Notes under the pieces: generated by a model
What the model was told of the DNA's origin: nothing
Database searches by the model: none
What the model saw: the letters and a program-made list of their open reading frames with translations, nothing else
Program-made: the position numbers and the translations under genes
In this document: positions 55,302 through 64,000 of the stretch, one piece after another
Position numbering within the stretch: the first letter of the stretch is position 1
How the letters are laid out: each line of letters begins with the position of its first letter
Assembly: GCA_038231455.1 (NCBI GenBank)
Contig: JBBRLI010000014.1
Location: forward strand, 1 to 64,000
Length of the DNA stretch: 64,000 nt
Reading direction: 5' to 3'
Source: Vulcanimicrobiales bacterium
GTDB taxonomy: Bacteria > Vulcanimicrobiota > Vulcanimicrobiia > Vulcanimicrobiales > Vulcanimicrobiaceae

Positions 55302-57383
55302 ATGGGCTCGACCGCCTCCGCCGCCGAATTCATCGGCCGCGACCGTGTCTGCGACGAGATTCACGCCCGTATGAGCGCGGGCCGCATTGTCACGCTCGTC
55401 GGACCGGGCGGTGTCGGCAAAACGCGTATCGCGCTCGAAATGATCCAGGAATTCGGCGGCATATTCGTCGATCTTGCCGCGCTACGCGATCCCGAACTCG
55501 TCTTAGCCCTCATCGCCGAACGCGTTGGAAATCCGGAAACGAGCGCCGGACTCTTCGAGAGTCTGAGTCGACACCTCGCGCGCGATCCGCGCCTGATCGT
55601 GCTCGACAACTGCGAGCACATGCAAGAAGCGATCGCCGGCATCGCGCAGCGTTTGGTCGATGCAGCACCCTCCGCGCGACTGCTTGCAACCAGCCGCGTT
55701 CCGCTTGGAACCCGATCCGAGTTTGTCTTTCCGGTCGGTCCGCTCGCACCGGCCGATGCGCACGAGCTTTTTTCCGCGCGCGCGCGTGAAGCGAACCCGG
55801 CTTACGTCGACAATCCCGCGGCCGTGGCGCGAATCTGCAAACGCGTTGACTATCTTCCGCTCGCCATCGCGCTTGCAGCGGCGCGCACAAAATTGCTACC
55901 GGTGGACGCACTAGCTACGCGACTCGATGGACGCATGCAGCTTCTGGGCAATGTATCGCTGAGCGGCCGTCAGGAAACGATCCGCACGCTCGTATCGTGG
56001 AGCGAAGAACTGCTCGATGCGGACTTGCGCACGTGGTTCCGCCACGTCGGGATTTTCACCGGCGGCTGGACGGACGCAGCGGCTGCGGCGATTGCCGAGC
56101 GATCGCTCGACGATGCCGCAGCGGCGGGTCGGGCGCTCGTCGAGCGTTCCCTTGCGCTACCGGCGGGCGATGGCCGCACTCGTCTGTTCGAACCGATGCG
56201 CGATTTTGCCGTCGAGCGACTCGCCGACGACCCGGACCGCGCGGCGATCGCCGAACGCCACGCGCACTATTACGGTTCGCTCGTCGAACGCCGTGAGTCG
56301 TTCGATCGCATCGACGATCGCGCATGGGTTGTCGAGATCGAACGCGAGATGGACAACGTCCGTGTCGCCCTGACCTGGGCGGTCAGGCGCGGCGAACCCG
56401 GCTTTGCGATTCGATTCGCCATCGCACTCGGCCCGTTTTGGAACAATCACGGGCGATTTAGCGAGGGCAGTCGATGGCTCGTGCGCGCACTCGAGATTGC
56501 CTCCACGGAATCCGCGAAAACGCGCGCCCGCGCGTTACTCGAGCTGCGGCGCTTGAACACCGGTCGGAATGCTCACGACGACGCAGCCGGTTTCGGAGAG
56601 CGCGCGCTAGTCGCGGCGCGCGAAGCCGGCGATCGCGCGCAAATTGCCGAGGCGCTCTTCGGCCTTGCCGTCAACGCCTTCGATCCGGGGCGCTACGACG
56701 CCGCGCAACGCTCGCTCGATGCGTTTGCGGAACTGGGTTCGGAGGGCATCCCGGGTTCGATCGTCGCCTCCGCTCGGAACTTACAAGGCCTCCTCCATCT
56801 CGTACGAGGCGATCACGCCGGTGCCCGACTCTCGTATTTGGACTCGCTGGATCTCGCGCGCCAGGTCGAAGACCAAATGTGCGCGGCGCGCGCTCTCTCG
56901 AACCTCGGCAACCTCGAAATGTACGCCGACCGCCTCGATGCCGCGGTGCCGTTCTATGAAGAGTCGCTCGAGATCGCGCATGCCTTCAACAACGTGCGAC
57001 TGACGTGCGTACTGCATGCAAACCTGGCGGAGCTCGGCGTGCGCAAGAACGATTCATCCTTCGCGCGCGTGCACGCCGGAGCTGAGTATTCGCTCGCGCG
57101 CAAAACGGGTCGCGTCATTCACATGGCCTCAGCGCTCGAAACGCTTGGCGAGACCGAAGTGCTCGACGAGCGCTTTGCATCGGCTGCCGCAATCTTCTCC
57201 CACGCAAAACGGCTGCGTCGGGAAATCGGCGCGGAGATCGATCCGCTCAATGCCGAAGTGTACGAATCGTTCGTCGCGCGGACGAGAGCGGCGCTCGGCG
57301 ATGATGCCTTCTCCGATGCGTGGCAACGCGGATTCGAACTCGATGCAGCAGAACTTGGGATCGATGCCCTCTTTGCGACCTAA
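55302..57383 (+). CDS. NB-ARC/STAND-type ATPase with TPR repeats
   Basis: GPGGVGKTR, LIVLDNCEH, LATSR, LPLAIALAAA and TPR-like C-terminus; no HTH seen. Confidence 0.85.
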   Translation: MGSTASAAEFIGRDRVCDEIHARMSAGRIVTLVGPGGVGKTRIALEMIQEFGGIFVDLAALRDPELVLALIAERVGNPETSAGLFESLSRHLARDPRLIVLDNCEHMQEAIAGIAQRLVDAAPSARLLATSRVPLGTRSEFVFPVGPLAPADAHELFSARAREANPAYVDNPAAVARICKRVDYLPLAIALAAARTKLLPVDALATRLDGRMQLLGNVSLSGRQETIRTLVSWSEELLDADLRTWFRHVGIFTGGWTDAAAAAIAERSLDDAAAAGRALVERSLALPAGDGRTRLFEPMRDFAVERLADDPDRAAIAERHAHYYGSLVERRESFDRIDDRAWVVEIEREMDNVRVALTWAVRRGEPGFAIRFAIALGPFWNNHGRFSEGSRWLVRALEIASTESAKTRARALLELRRLNTGRNAHDDAAGFGERALVAAREAGDRAQIAEALFGLAVNAFDPGRYDAAQRSLDAFAELGSEGIPGSIVASARNLQGLLHLVRGDHAGARLSYLDSLDLARQVEDQMCAARALSNLGNLEMYADRLDAAVPFYEESLEIAHAFNNVRLTCVLHANLAELGVRKNDSSFARVHAGAEYSLARKTGRVIHMASALETLGETEVLDERFASAAAIFSHAKRLRREIGAEIDPLNAEVYESFVARTRAALGDDAFSDAWQRGFELDAAELGIDALFAT

Positions 57384-58359
57384 GATCAAAATTGCCAGCT
57401 CCGCTTCGAGCGCACCGTCGCTCGAACGTATCAACGCTTCTGGTGCGCTCGAGGTCGAACTCGATCACGTCGTGCTCGACGAGCACGGTCGCGCCCCAAG
57501 CGGAGCGGGTGCCGGCGTCGAGATGCTCTGGCGCCACATCCATCTCTTTCCGCGCGCCTGGTCGAGCGCGGCACTCGAGACGCTGCCGGACTTGCGCTGG
57601 TTTCACACCGATCATGTCGGCATCGACTCAATCCCCCTGCAGGAACTCGCCGAGCGCAAGATCGTGTTGACCAATGGCGTCGGCTTGCACTCGCGTCCGA
57701 TCGCCGAGTGGCTCGTGATGACGCTACTCGGCGCGGTCAAACATTACGCGCACTGGGTACGCAGTTCCGATGCGGGAATCTGGAATCACGACGTCGTGCT
57801 CGATGAACTGCGCGGTAAACGGGCACTTGTGATCGGCTTCGGCGGCATCGGATCGGAATTTGCGGCGCTGGTCCAGCCCTTCGGCGTCGAGGTCGTCGCG
57901 GCAGTCCGTTATCCCCGCCCGCAAGTTCCACTGCATGTCGATCGTCTCGTGGTCGGCGAGGCGTGGCGCGCCGAGCTTGCAACGGCCGATTTCGTCATTT
58001 TGACGTTGCCGGCAACAGACGATAACGTGCGCATGATCGACGCGGCGGCGCTCGCGTCGATAAAACGGGGCGCATGGCTGCTCAACGTGTCGCGCGGATC
58101 GCTCGTCGACGTTCCCGCACTTCTGGCGGCGCTTGAGAATACAACGCTCGGGGGTGCGGCGCTCGATGCCTTCGATCACGAGCCGCTACCGCCCGACTCG
58201 CCGCTCTGGGGCCGTCCGAACGTCCTCATCACGCCGCACTACACGTGGAATTCCACGCAAACCGTCGGCCGGGTGTACGGTCTGCTCTGCGAAAACGTCC
58301 GTAACTATCTTGGCGGAAAGCCGCTCGTCAACGTCGTCGACTACGCGCGCGGCTACTAG
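57364..58359 (+). CDS. D-2-hydroxyacid dehydrogenase
   Basis: IGFGGIG, NVSRG, ALDAF..EP, ITPH and NVVD...GY. Confidence 0.9.
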   Translation: MPSLRPKIKIASSASSAPSLERINASGALEVELDHVVLDEHGRAPSGAGAGVEMLWRHIHLFPRAWSSAALETLPDLRWFHTDHVGIDSIPLQELAERKIVLTNGVGLHSRPIAEWLVMTLLGAVKHYAHWVRSSDAGIWNHDVVLDELRGKRALVIGFGGIGSEFAALVQPFGVEVVAAVRYPRPQVPLHVDRLVVGEAWRAELATADFVILTLPATDDNVRMIDAAALASIKRGAWLLNVSRGSLVDVPALLAALENTTLGGAALDAFDHEPLPPDSPLWGRPNVLITPHYTWNSTQTVGRVYGLLCENVRNYLGGKPLVNVVDYARGY

Positions 58360-58363
58360 GGCG

Positions 58364-59086
58364 ATGCCCGGGCCGTTTCGCGACTATGACGCCTTCGCCC
58401 AAGCGTATGCCGAACAAACCCAGACGAACGCCTACAACGCCTATTACGAACGACCGGCGATACGCGCACTCGTCGGCGACGTTGCCGGCGCTCGCGTTCT
58501 CGACGCGGGCTGTGCGGCAGGCGAACACGCGCTGTGGCTCGTGGAGTCCGGCGCGCAGGTCACCGCGATCGACATCAGCGAGCCGATGGTCCACCTCGCG
58601 CGAACGCGGCTTGACGACCGCGCTGTCGTGCTGGCGGCCGACATCGCGCAACCGCTGCCCTTTGGTGAGGCTGCCTTCGATATCGTGTTCAGTTCGCTCA
58701 CGCTGCATTACCTCACCGACTGGGGACCGACACTCGCCGAGTTCGAGCGCGTTCTCGCACCCGGTGGAACGCTCGTTTTTTCCACCCACCATCCCTCGCT
58801 CGACCTGGGTCTTGAAGACTACTTTACCCTGCGAGAAGTCGACGACCGATGGACCGGTTTTGGGCCGGAGCCGGTGCGCGTGCGATACGTTCACCGCCCG
58901 CTGAACGCCATCATCAAACCGCTTATTGCCGCGGGTTTTTCGATCGACGCAGTTGAGGAGCCGATGCCCGATCCACGTCTGGCGGAGCGCGATCCAACAG
59001 CCGACCGCACGCTGCGCACGAAACCGTTCTTCCTCTTCATTCGCGCCCACAAAACCGGTTCCGCATCGACCGGCAAAGGGTTGTAA
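58364..59086 (+). CDS. class I SAM-dependent methyltransferase
   Basis: NAYYERP, VLDAGCAAG, AIDIS, FDIV and LAPGG. Confidence 0.9.
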   Translation: MPGPFRDYDAFAQAYAEQTQTNAYNAYYERPAIRALVGDVAGARVLDAGCAAGEHALWLVESGAQVTAIDISEPMVHLARTRLDDRAVVLAADIAQPLPFGEAAFDIVFSSLTLHYLTDWGPTLAEFERVLAPGGTLVFSTHHPSLDLGLEDYFTLREVDDRWTGFGPEPVRVRYVHRPLNAIIKPLIAAGFSIDAVEEPMPDPRLAERDPTADRTLRTKPFFLFIRAHKTGSASTGKGL

Positions 59087-59139
59087 CTTGCTTCGATTCG
59101 AACGGTAGCTACGAGTATCAGTACGACGGAGGACGCTCG

Positions 59140-59346
59140 ATCACGGACGAGTTAGCGGGGAAAGTCGGCCGAGTTACCAGTCCGATTGCACCCGGTGCGA
59201 TCGGCGAGGTAATGCTCGCGATACGCGGCGGAAGCGAGGCATTTCATGCCTACGCCGTCGATCGCTCGTGCACGCTGCCCAGCGGCTCCCGGGTCGTCGT
59301 CGTCGAGTATTACCCACCACGTACGGTCGTCGTTACTGAAGCGTAG
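59140..59346 (+). CDS. small NfeD-like OB-fold partner of flotillin (68 aa, apparent ATC start)
   Basis: Translated by hand: (M)TDELAGKVGRVTSPIAPGAIGEVMLAIRGGSEAFHAYAVDRSCTLPSGSRVVVVEYYPPRTVVVTEA*. SD GGAGG lies 7 nt before ATC. Absent from the ORF track. Confidence 0.75.
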   Translation: MTDELAGKVGRVTSPIAPGAIGEVMLAIRGGSEAFHAYAVDRSCTLPSGSRVVVVEYYPPRTVVVTEA

Positions 59347-59354
59347 GAGACGTC

Positions 59355-60786
59355 ATGACCACCGTCGGCACTTCACTCATCGTAATCGCGGGACTGATCG
59401 TCGCCGCTCTCGTTCTTGCTATCGTTATTTTCAAATCGATGTGGCGCGTTGCAGAACCAAACGAAGCGCTCGTGATCTCGGGTCTGCACCAAAAACGAAC
59501 CGCCGATGGCATCGGCGAATCGATGGGTTTTAAAATCATCACGGGGCGCGGCACGCTCGTCATTCCCGGCATCCAAGTCGTCCGTCGGCTCTCACTTGAT
59601 TTGCGGGAGGCGGAACTTGAAATCGAGTGCGTGACCTCGCAAGGCATTCCGGTGCATATCAAAGGCGTCGTCATCTATAAAGTCGGCGACGATCTTTCAT
59701 CGATCGCAAATGCCGCGCGACGCTTCCTCGACCAACAAGAAAAAATGGACCTGCGCATTCAGAACGTGTTCGCGGGTCATCTGCGCGCGATCGTCGGCAG
59801 CCTGACGGTCGAAGAACTGATCCGCGAACGCGACAAACTCACACAAGCAACGCGCGGCGCATCCGGTACGGAGATGGAGAAACTCGGTCTGATCATCGAT
59901 TCGATGCTCATCCAAGAGATCGACGATCCGACCGGTTACATTCAAAGCCTTGCCGCACCCCACGCAGCGGCCGTCAAGAAAGACGCGCGCATCGCTCAGG
60001 CGCTTGCCGATCAAGAAGCAACGCAACGCGAGCAAGAGGCAAACGCCCTCAAAGCCCAATCGCTGCGCGATAGCAAGATCAAGCAAGCCGGCTACCAGGC
60101 CGAAGTCGATCGCGCCGGCGCCCAGGCACAACAGGCGGGTCCGCTCGCCGATGCGGTTGCACGCCAGCAAGTCGTCGTCGAAGAAACGAAAATCGCCGAG
60201 CTGGAAGCATCGCGCAAAGAGCAAGAATTGCTCACGACCGTGCGCCGCCCGGCCGATGCCGCCGCATACGAAAAAACGACGATCGCCGCCGCCCAGCGCG
60301 ACGCCGACATCGCCGCGGCCGAAGCGCGTGCAAAACAGATCGAGCTCCAAGCAAGCCGATGCCACGCGAACCAAACTCACCGCCATCGCCAACTCCGAAC
60401 AAATCCGCTCGATCGGTGAGGCCGAAGCCTCAGCAACGCGGGCGAGGGGCAGTGCCGAAGGCGAGGCGATCAGCGCGCGCGGACTCGCCGAAGCTGCAGC
60501 CATCAAAGCACGTGCCGAAGCGCTCGCCCAGAATCAAGACGCCGTCATCGGCCAGCAACTTGCCGAACAGTGGCCGGCGATCGTCGAAGCCGGTGCCAAG
60601 GCGTTCGCAAAAGTCGACTCGATGATCGTTCTCAACGGCGCGCAAGGCGTGACCGAAATGCTCGGCCAGACAATCGCGCAAGGCGCGCCGGGTCTACAAC
60701 TCGTGCGGAACCTCATCGCCAAATCCAAATCGCCCCTCAAGACCAGCAACGGCGATGGCGCCGTCGTGAAAACCGAAAGCAATTGA
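59355..60786 (+). pseudogene. flotillin/SPFH-family protein, frameshifted near 60351
   Basis: SPFH domain (AEPNEALVISG, CVTSQGIP, GHLRAIVG) in the 59355 frame; AEA-rich flotillin tail and VLNGAQG continue in the +1 frame to TGA 60786. Confidence 0.75.
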
Positions 60787-61484
60787 GCTTCTTTCGACGG
60801 CTGACGCGGCTCTTCGCGGGCGAAGCGCGCGCCGCCGTCGAGCGACTCGATAATCCCGCACAGTCCGTCGCGGACGCGTACGAAGAGCATCTTCTGCTCT
60901 TGCACGATGTCCGCGACCGACTTGCGGAGGTGCTCACCGCACAAAAGAAACTGGAAATGCAAGCCGGGGCGATCGGACGCACGCGCGATCGCTATCGCCG
61001 GGACGCGATCGCCGCGCTCGGCCGCAACGAGGACGTGCTCGCGCGGCGCGCCGTTGCGCGCGAGTATCTCGCCAACCGGCAGTTGGAAAGCTTAGAGGCC
61101 GAAATCGCGGGCATTCGCGAGACGTTTCTGAAAATCGACGACGTCGCCGAAGACCTCCGCGTACGCACCGAAGCGATTCGGAACGAGAAAGAGATCGTTG
61201 CAGCAAAAGTAGCCGCCGCGCGCGCATCGATTACGGCGCATAGCACGCTTGGCGGATTCAGCCCCGAGATGGAATGGATCCGCAAGCTGCTCGCCGACGC
61301 GCGCGATCGCACGCAAACGCTCGAAGCGCGCGCTGCGGCAATCGAGGAACTGGTCCGCCGCGAGTCGGTCGAAGATGCATCGCCTCGCGCCAGCGCGACG
61401 ACGGACGATGCGGGCGCGCAAGTAGAGATCGATCGCGAACTCGCAGCCCTCAAAGCGACGTTGCTCGGCGACAACGCGCGCTAG
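60783..61484 (+). CDS. pspA: PspA/IM30 family protein
   Basis: TTG 60783: MSFFRRLTRLF...LDNP, EDVLARRA, EARAAAIEEL and IDRELAALK. Confidence 0.8.
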   Translation: MSFFRRLTRLFAGEARAAVERLDNPAQSVADAYEEHLLLLHDVRDRLAEVLTAQKKLEMQAGAIGRTRDRYRRDAIAALGRNEDVLARRAVAREYLANRQLESLEAEIAGIRETFLKIDDVAEDLRVRTEAIRNEKEIVAAKVAAARASITAHSTLGGFSPEMEWIRKLLADARDRTQTLEARAAAIEELVRRESVEDASPRASATTDDAGAQVEIDRELAALKATLLGDNAR

Positions 61485-61487
61485 CGG

Positions 61488-62204
61488 TTATCCGCCGACG
61501 GTCGCCCGGAGTCCAAAGGTGAGGAAGAGCCCCGCCGAACGGTCGACCAAATCACCCGTGCGCGTCGATGCGGCTCCGAAATTGAAATAGCGCACGCCGA
61601 CGACCGGCGTGCCCAGCCGTCGGCGACCGCTCACATTCGCGCGAATGTCCACCTGGGATCCGCGCAGAGAATCGTACGACTCGATCGGCGTCGCGACGAG
61701 CTTCTGCGTGAACGAGCCAAAGACGCGCGGCGCAATCGCAACCGAGAACTCAGCATCCGTCCAAACGCGATGCCGAACGAGCGCGAATCCGTACGTGGGT
61801 CCGCTCGCAACGAACGTTGCCTGACGGACATCGAAACGCGCGCGCGTATCGTGCGTTTCCGTCTGCACCCACCGAACGATTCCAAGCGATGCGCGAAGCG
61901 GTCCAGCGACGCGCGCATCGATGCTTGCCGTTCCACCGGAAAGTCGCGAGTTGGTTGCACTGGAATAGAACTCGACGGGAGCAGACACGCCCGGCGTGAA
62001 CTCGGTTTGCGCGCGGAAGTCCCCGCTCGACGTACGTAGCTTGATCGTTGGGATCGGTCCGAACGGCAGCTCCGTCGTCGTTCCGTTCGACGAGGACGTG
62101 CGGCCGGTGAGGGCCGTGAGATTCACGCCGATCGTCGATTCCCCGGCGAACGCCGGCGCGGTGAGTCCGAGCGCGGCCACCAGCGCAAGTGTGAAGGCTC
62201 TCAC
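61488..62204 (-). CDS. hypothetical exported beta-rich protein
   Basis: GTG overlapping the hmgA stop; signal peptide ending AFA; alternating beta-strand pattern. Confidence 0.6.
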   Translation of the reverse strand: MRAFTLALVAALGLTAPAFAGESTIGVNLTALTGRTSSSNGTTTELPFGPIPTIKLRTSSGDFRAQTEFTPGVSAPVEFYSSATNSRLSGGTASIDARVAGPLRASLGIVRWVQTETHDTRARFDVRQATFVASGPTYGFALVRHRVWTDAEFSVAIAPRVFGSFTQKLVATPIESYDSLRGSQVDIRANVSGRRRLGTPVVGVRYFNFGAASTRTGDLVDRSAGLFLTFGLRATVGG

Positions 62205-63367
62205 GCGTTCACGGGCTTTGCAATCCAACTGCGATAGTAGGCTTCCTCTTCTGCCGGTAGCGCCGTTTCCGCAAGGCGCAGTGGGTTGAATGCATCGATC
62301 GCAAACGCCAGTTCGTCGGTCGCCGTTTTTCCAAGCGACCCTTCAACGGCTCCGGGCTGCGGCCCGTGGGGCGCGCCCGCCGCGTGCAAGGTGATCGAGC
62401 GTTCTTCGATGCCGCGCCGACTCATAAAATTGCCGCTTGCGTAGTAGATGATCTCATCGCAATCGACACTCGAATGATTGTAAGGCGCGGGGATCGCGAG
62501 CGGATGATAATCGAACATTCGCGGCGCGAAGAGTAACAGCGCCGCTCCCGGCGCATCGAAGAGTTGATGCGAGCTTGGCGGTTGGTGAATCTTGCCCGTG
62601 ATCGGCATGTATTCATCGGCGTTGAACGCCGAGGGGTAGCAGTATCCATCCCATCCGATGACATCGAACGGATGATTCTCCACCGTGTAGATCGCGCTGC
62701 GGCCTTTGGCCGTGATGCGCACTTCGTATTCGCCCGGCGCGTCGATGGGATCGGGGAGATTGGGTGCCCGGAAGTCGCGCTCGTAGTACGGTGCGTGTTC
62801 GTGTAGTTGCCCGAATGCATTGCGAAATTTGTTCGGAATCGTGATCGACCCCGACGATTCGAGAATCAACAAATTGCTCGGCGTTTGCGGCTGCAACTGG
62901 TACGTCGTCCCGGTTGGAACATGCAGAAAATCGTGCGCGCGGTAGTCGATGGACCCAAAGGGCGTCAACAGCCGGCCCGAGCCCGACTGAACGAAGATCA
63001 ACTCATCGCCGCTGGAATTGCGGAAGAAATACTCCATCGAACGGTCGACGTGGGCGACGGAAACGATCGCATCGTCGTTGCCGACGATCGGCAGACGCGC
63101 GCTCAGGGCATCGCCGCCCGCGGGTAAGCGGCCCGTGAACCAGTGGCGGTTTTTGAGCGGATCGTTCGGAAGAAACCGGACGAGCGGACGCTCCCACGCC
63201 TTGACGTCGAGCGTCGCGGTCGGCGGTCGCAGGTGATACGCGAGCGAATAGACGCTCTCGAATCCTTTGGTTGAGATGAGTTCTTCGGCATAGAGACCAC
63301 CGTCGGGACGCCGGAACTGCGTATGACGCTTACCCGGAAGCGTCCCTTGCCGCGCGTAAAATGCCAT
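62201..63367 (-). CDS. hmgA: homogentisate 1,2-dioxygenase
   Basis: KRHTQFR, HAPYYERD, HPFDVIGWDG, HQPP, PYNHSSVDCDE and HGPQPG; start ATG 63367. Confidence 0.92.
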   Translation of the reverse strand: MAFYARQGTLPGKRHTQFRRPDGGLYAEELISTKGFESVYSLAYHLRPPTATLDVKAWERPLVRFLPNDPLKNRHWFTGRLPAGGDALSARLPIVGNDDAIVSVAHVDRSMEYFFRNSSGDELIFVQSGSGRLLTPFGSIDYRAHDFLHVPTGTTYQLQPQTPSNLLILESSGSITIPNKFRNAFGQLHEHAPYYERDFRAPNLPDPIDAPGEYEVRITAKGRSAIYTVENHPFDVIGWDGYCYPSAFNADEYMPITGKIHQPPSSHQLFDAPGAALLLFAPRMFDYHPLAIPAPYNHSSVDCDEIIYYASGNFMSRRGIEERSITLHAAGAPHGPQPGAVEGSLGKTATDELAFAIDAFNPLRLAETALPAEEEAYYRSWIAKPVNA

Positions 63368-63410
63368 CTCTGCCGCTTCGTGGGGCGCACCCAAAACGCC
63401 CCGTCGCGCG

Positions 63411-64000
63411 CTAGCCGACGGCCTCGCGGCGCGGGACGCGAACGCTGAACCGCGCCCCACCGAGCGGCGAGGGGCTCACCTCCACGCTACCGCCGACACG
63501 TTCGAGAATCAGCCGCACCAGCGCAAGGCCGATCCCCGATCCGTGAGCCGCTGTCGACCCGCGTTCGCCGAGCGCGAAGATCGCCTCGCGTTCGGCCGGG
63601 GCGACGCCCAGCCCATCATCATCGACGCTGATGTGTGCCGCTCGACCGTCGGAACAATCGACACTCACGCGCACCGCGCCGCCGAGGCGACCGTGTTTGA
63701 TGGCGTTGTCGATGAGATTGATCAACACGAGCGTGAGCCGGTCGCCGTCGATTGCAACCGAGATCGGTGCGACGCGCGGCACATGGAGGTTCACACTGCG
63801 CGCCGCTGCGGCCGCGGCGACGGCGTCACTTGCCGCGCAGAGCGCAAGATCGAGCGAGGCGATCGACCGGTTCGGAAACGTCGCGTGCAGATCGAGCAGG
63901 GAGATTTCGAACATCCCGTCGACGAGCCTCGACATTCGCAGTGATTCGTTATGCGCAACGGTCAAGAATCGGCGCCGCGTCGGGCCATCGATCGAATCGT
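63411..64000 (-). CDS. sensor histidine kinase, C-terminal HATPase part (5' end outside window)
   Basis: NLIDNAIKH, DDDGLG and GSGIGL boxes; frame open to the window edge. Confidence 0.88.
   Translation of the reverse strand, partial: DSIDGPTRRRFLTVAHNESLRMSRLVDGMFEISLLDLHATFPNRSIASLDLALCAASDAVAAAAAARSVNLHVPRVAPISVAIDGDRLTLVLINLIDNAIKHGRLGGAVRVSVDCSDGRAAHISVDDDGLGVAPAEREAIFALGERGSTAAHGSGIGLALVRLILERVGGSVEVSPSPLGGARFSVRVPRREAVG

Noticed and set aside
12844-63367. hppD and hmgA as a linked cluster
   Set aside because: They are 48 kb apart on opposite strands; ordinary dispersed tyrosine catabolism.

Overview
GC-rich, gene-dense bacterial chromosomal segment. I found no CRISPR array, rRNA, integrase, transposase or prophage. 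Gene content suggests a Terrabacteria-type soil organism, possibly Eremiobacterota/Vulcanimicrobiota; this is inference only. The window holds four tRNAs (His, Pro, Arg, Ser), the SRP RNA, housekeeping genes (rdgB, lepA, icd, ppa, pckA), tyrosine catabolism (hppD, hmgA), deoC with aldehyde dehydrogenases, two GGDEF-EAL proteins, cobamide nucleotide-loop genes (cobC-like, cobT, cobS), an aldehyde:ferredoxin oxidoreductase with moaD and two moeA genes, several secreted peptidases, and an nfeD-flotillin-pspA operon. The best candidate for a novel system is a compact variant of the aerobic benzoyl-CoA (Box) pathway at 21256-27162: short BoxB-like diiron protein, single-domain BoxC-like crotonase, benzoate-CoA ligase, a PaaX-type repressor with a visible operator, and no BoxA. 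Other notable signals are probable non-canonical ATC/ATT start codons, a frameshifted flotillin, a split ALDH16-like pair 25 kb apart, a fungal-Egt1-like sulfoxide synthase without a neighbouring methyltransferase, and a sigma28-type promoter driving an unannotated 22-aa peptide. All family assignments come from motif recognition by eye, not database searches.
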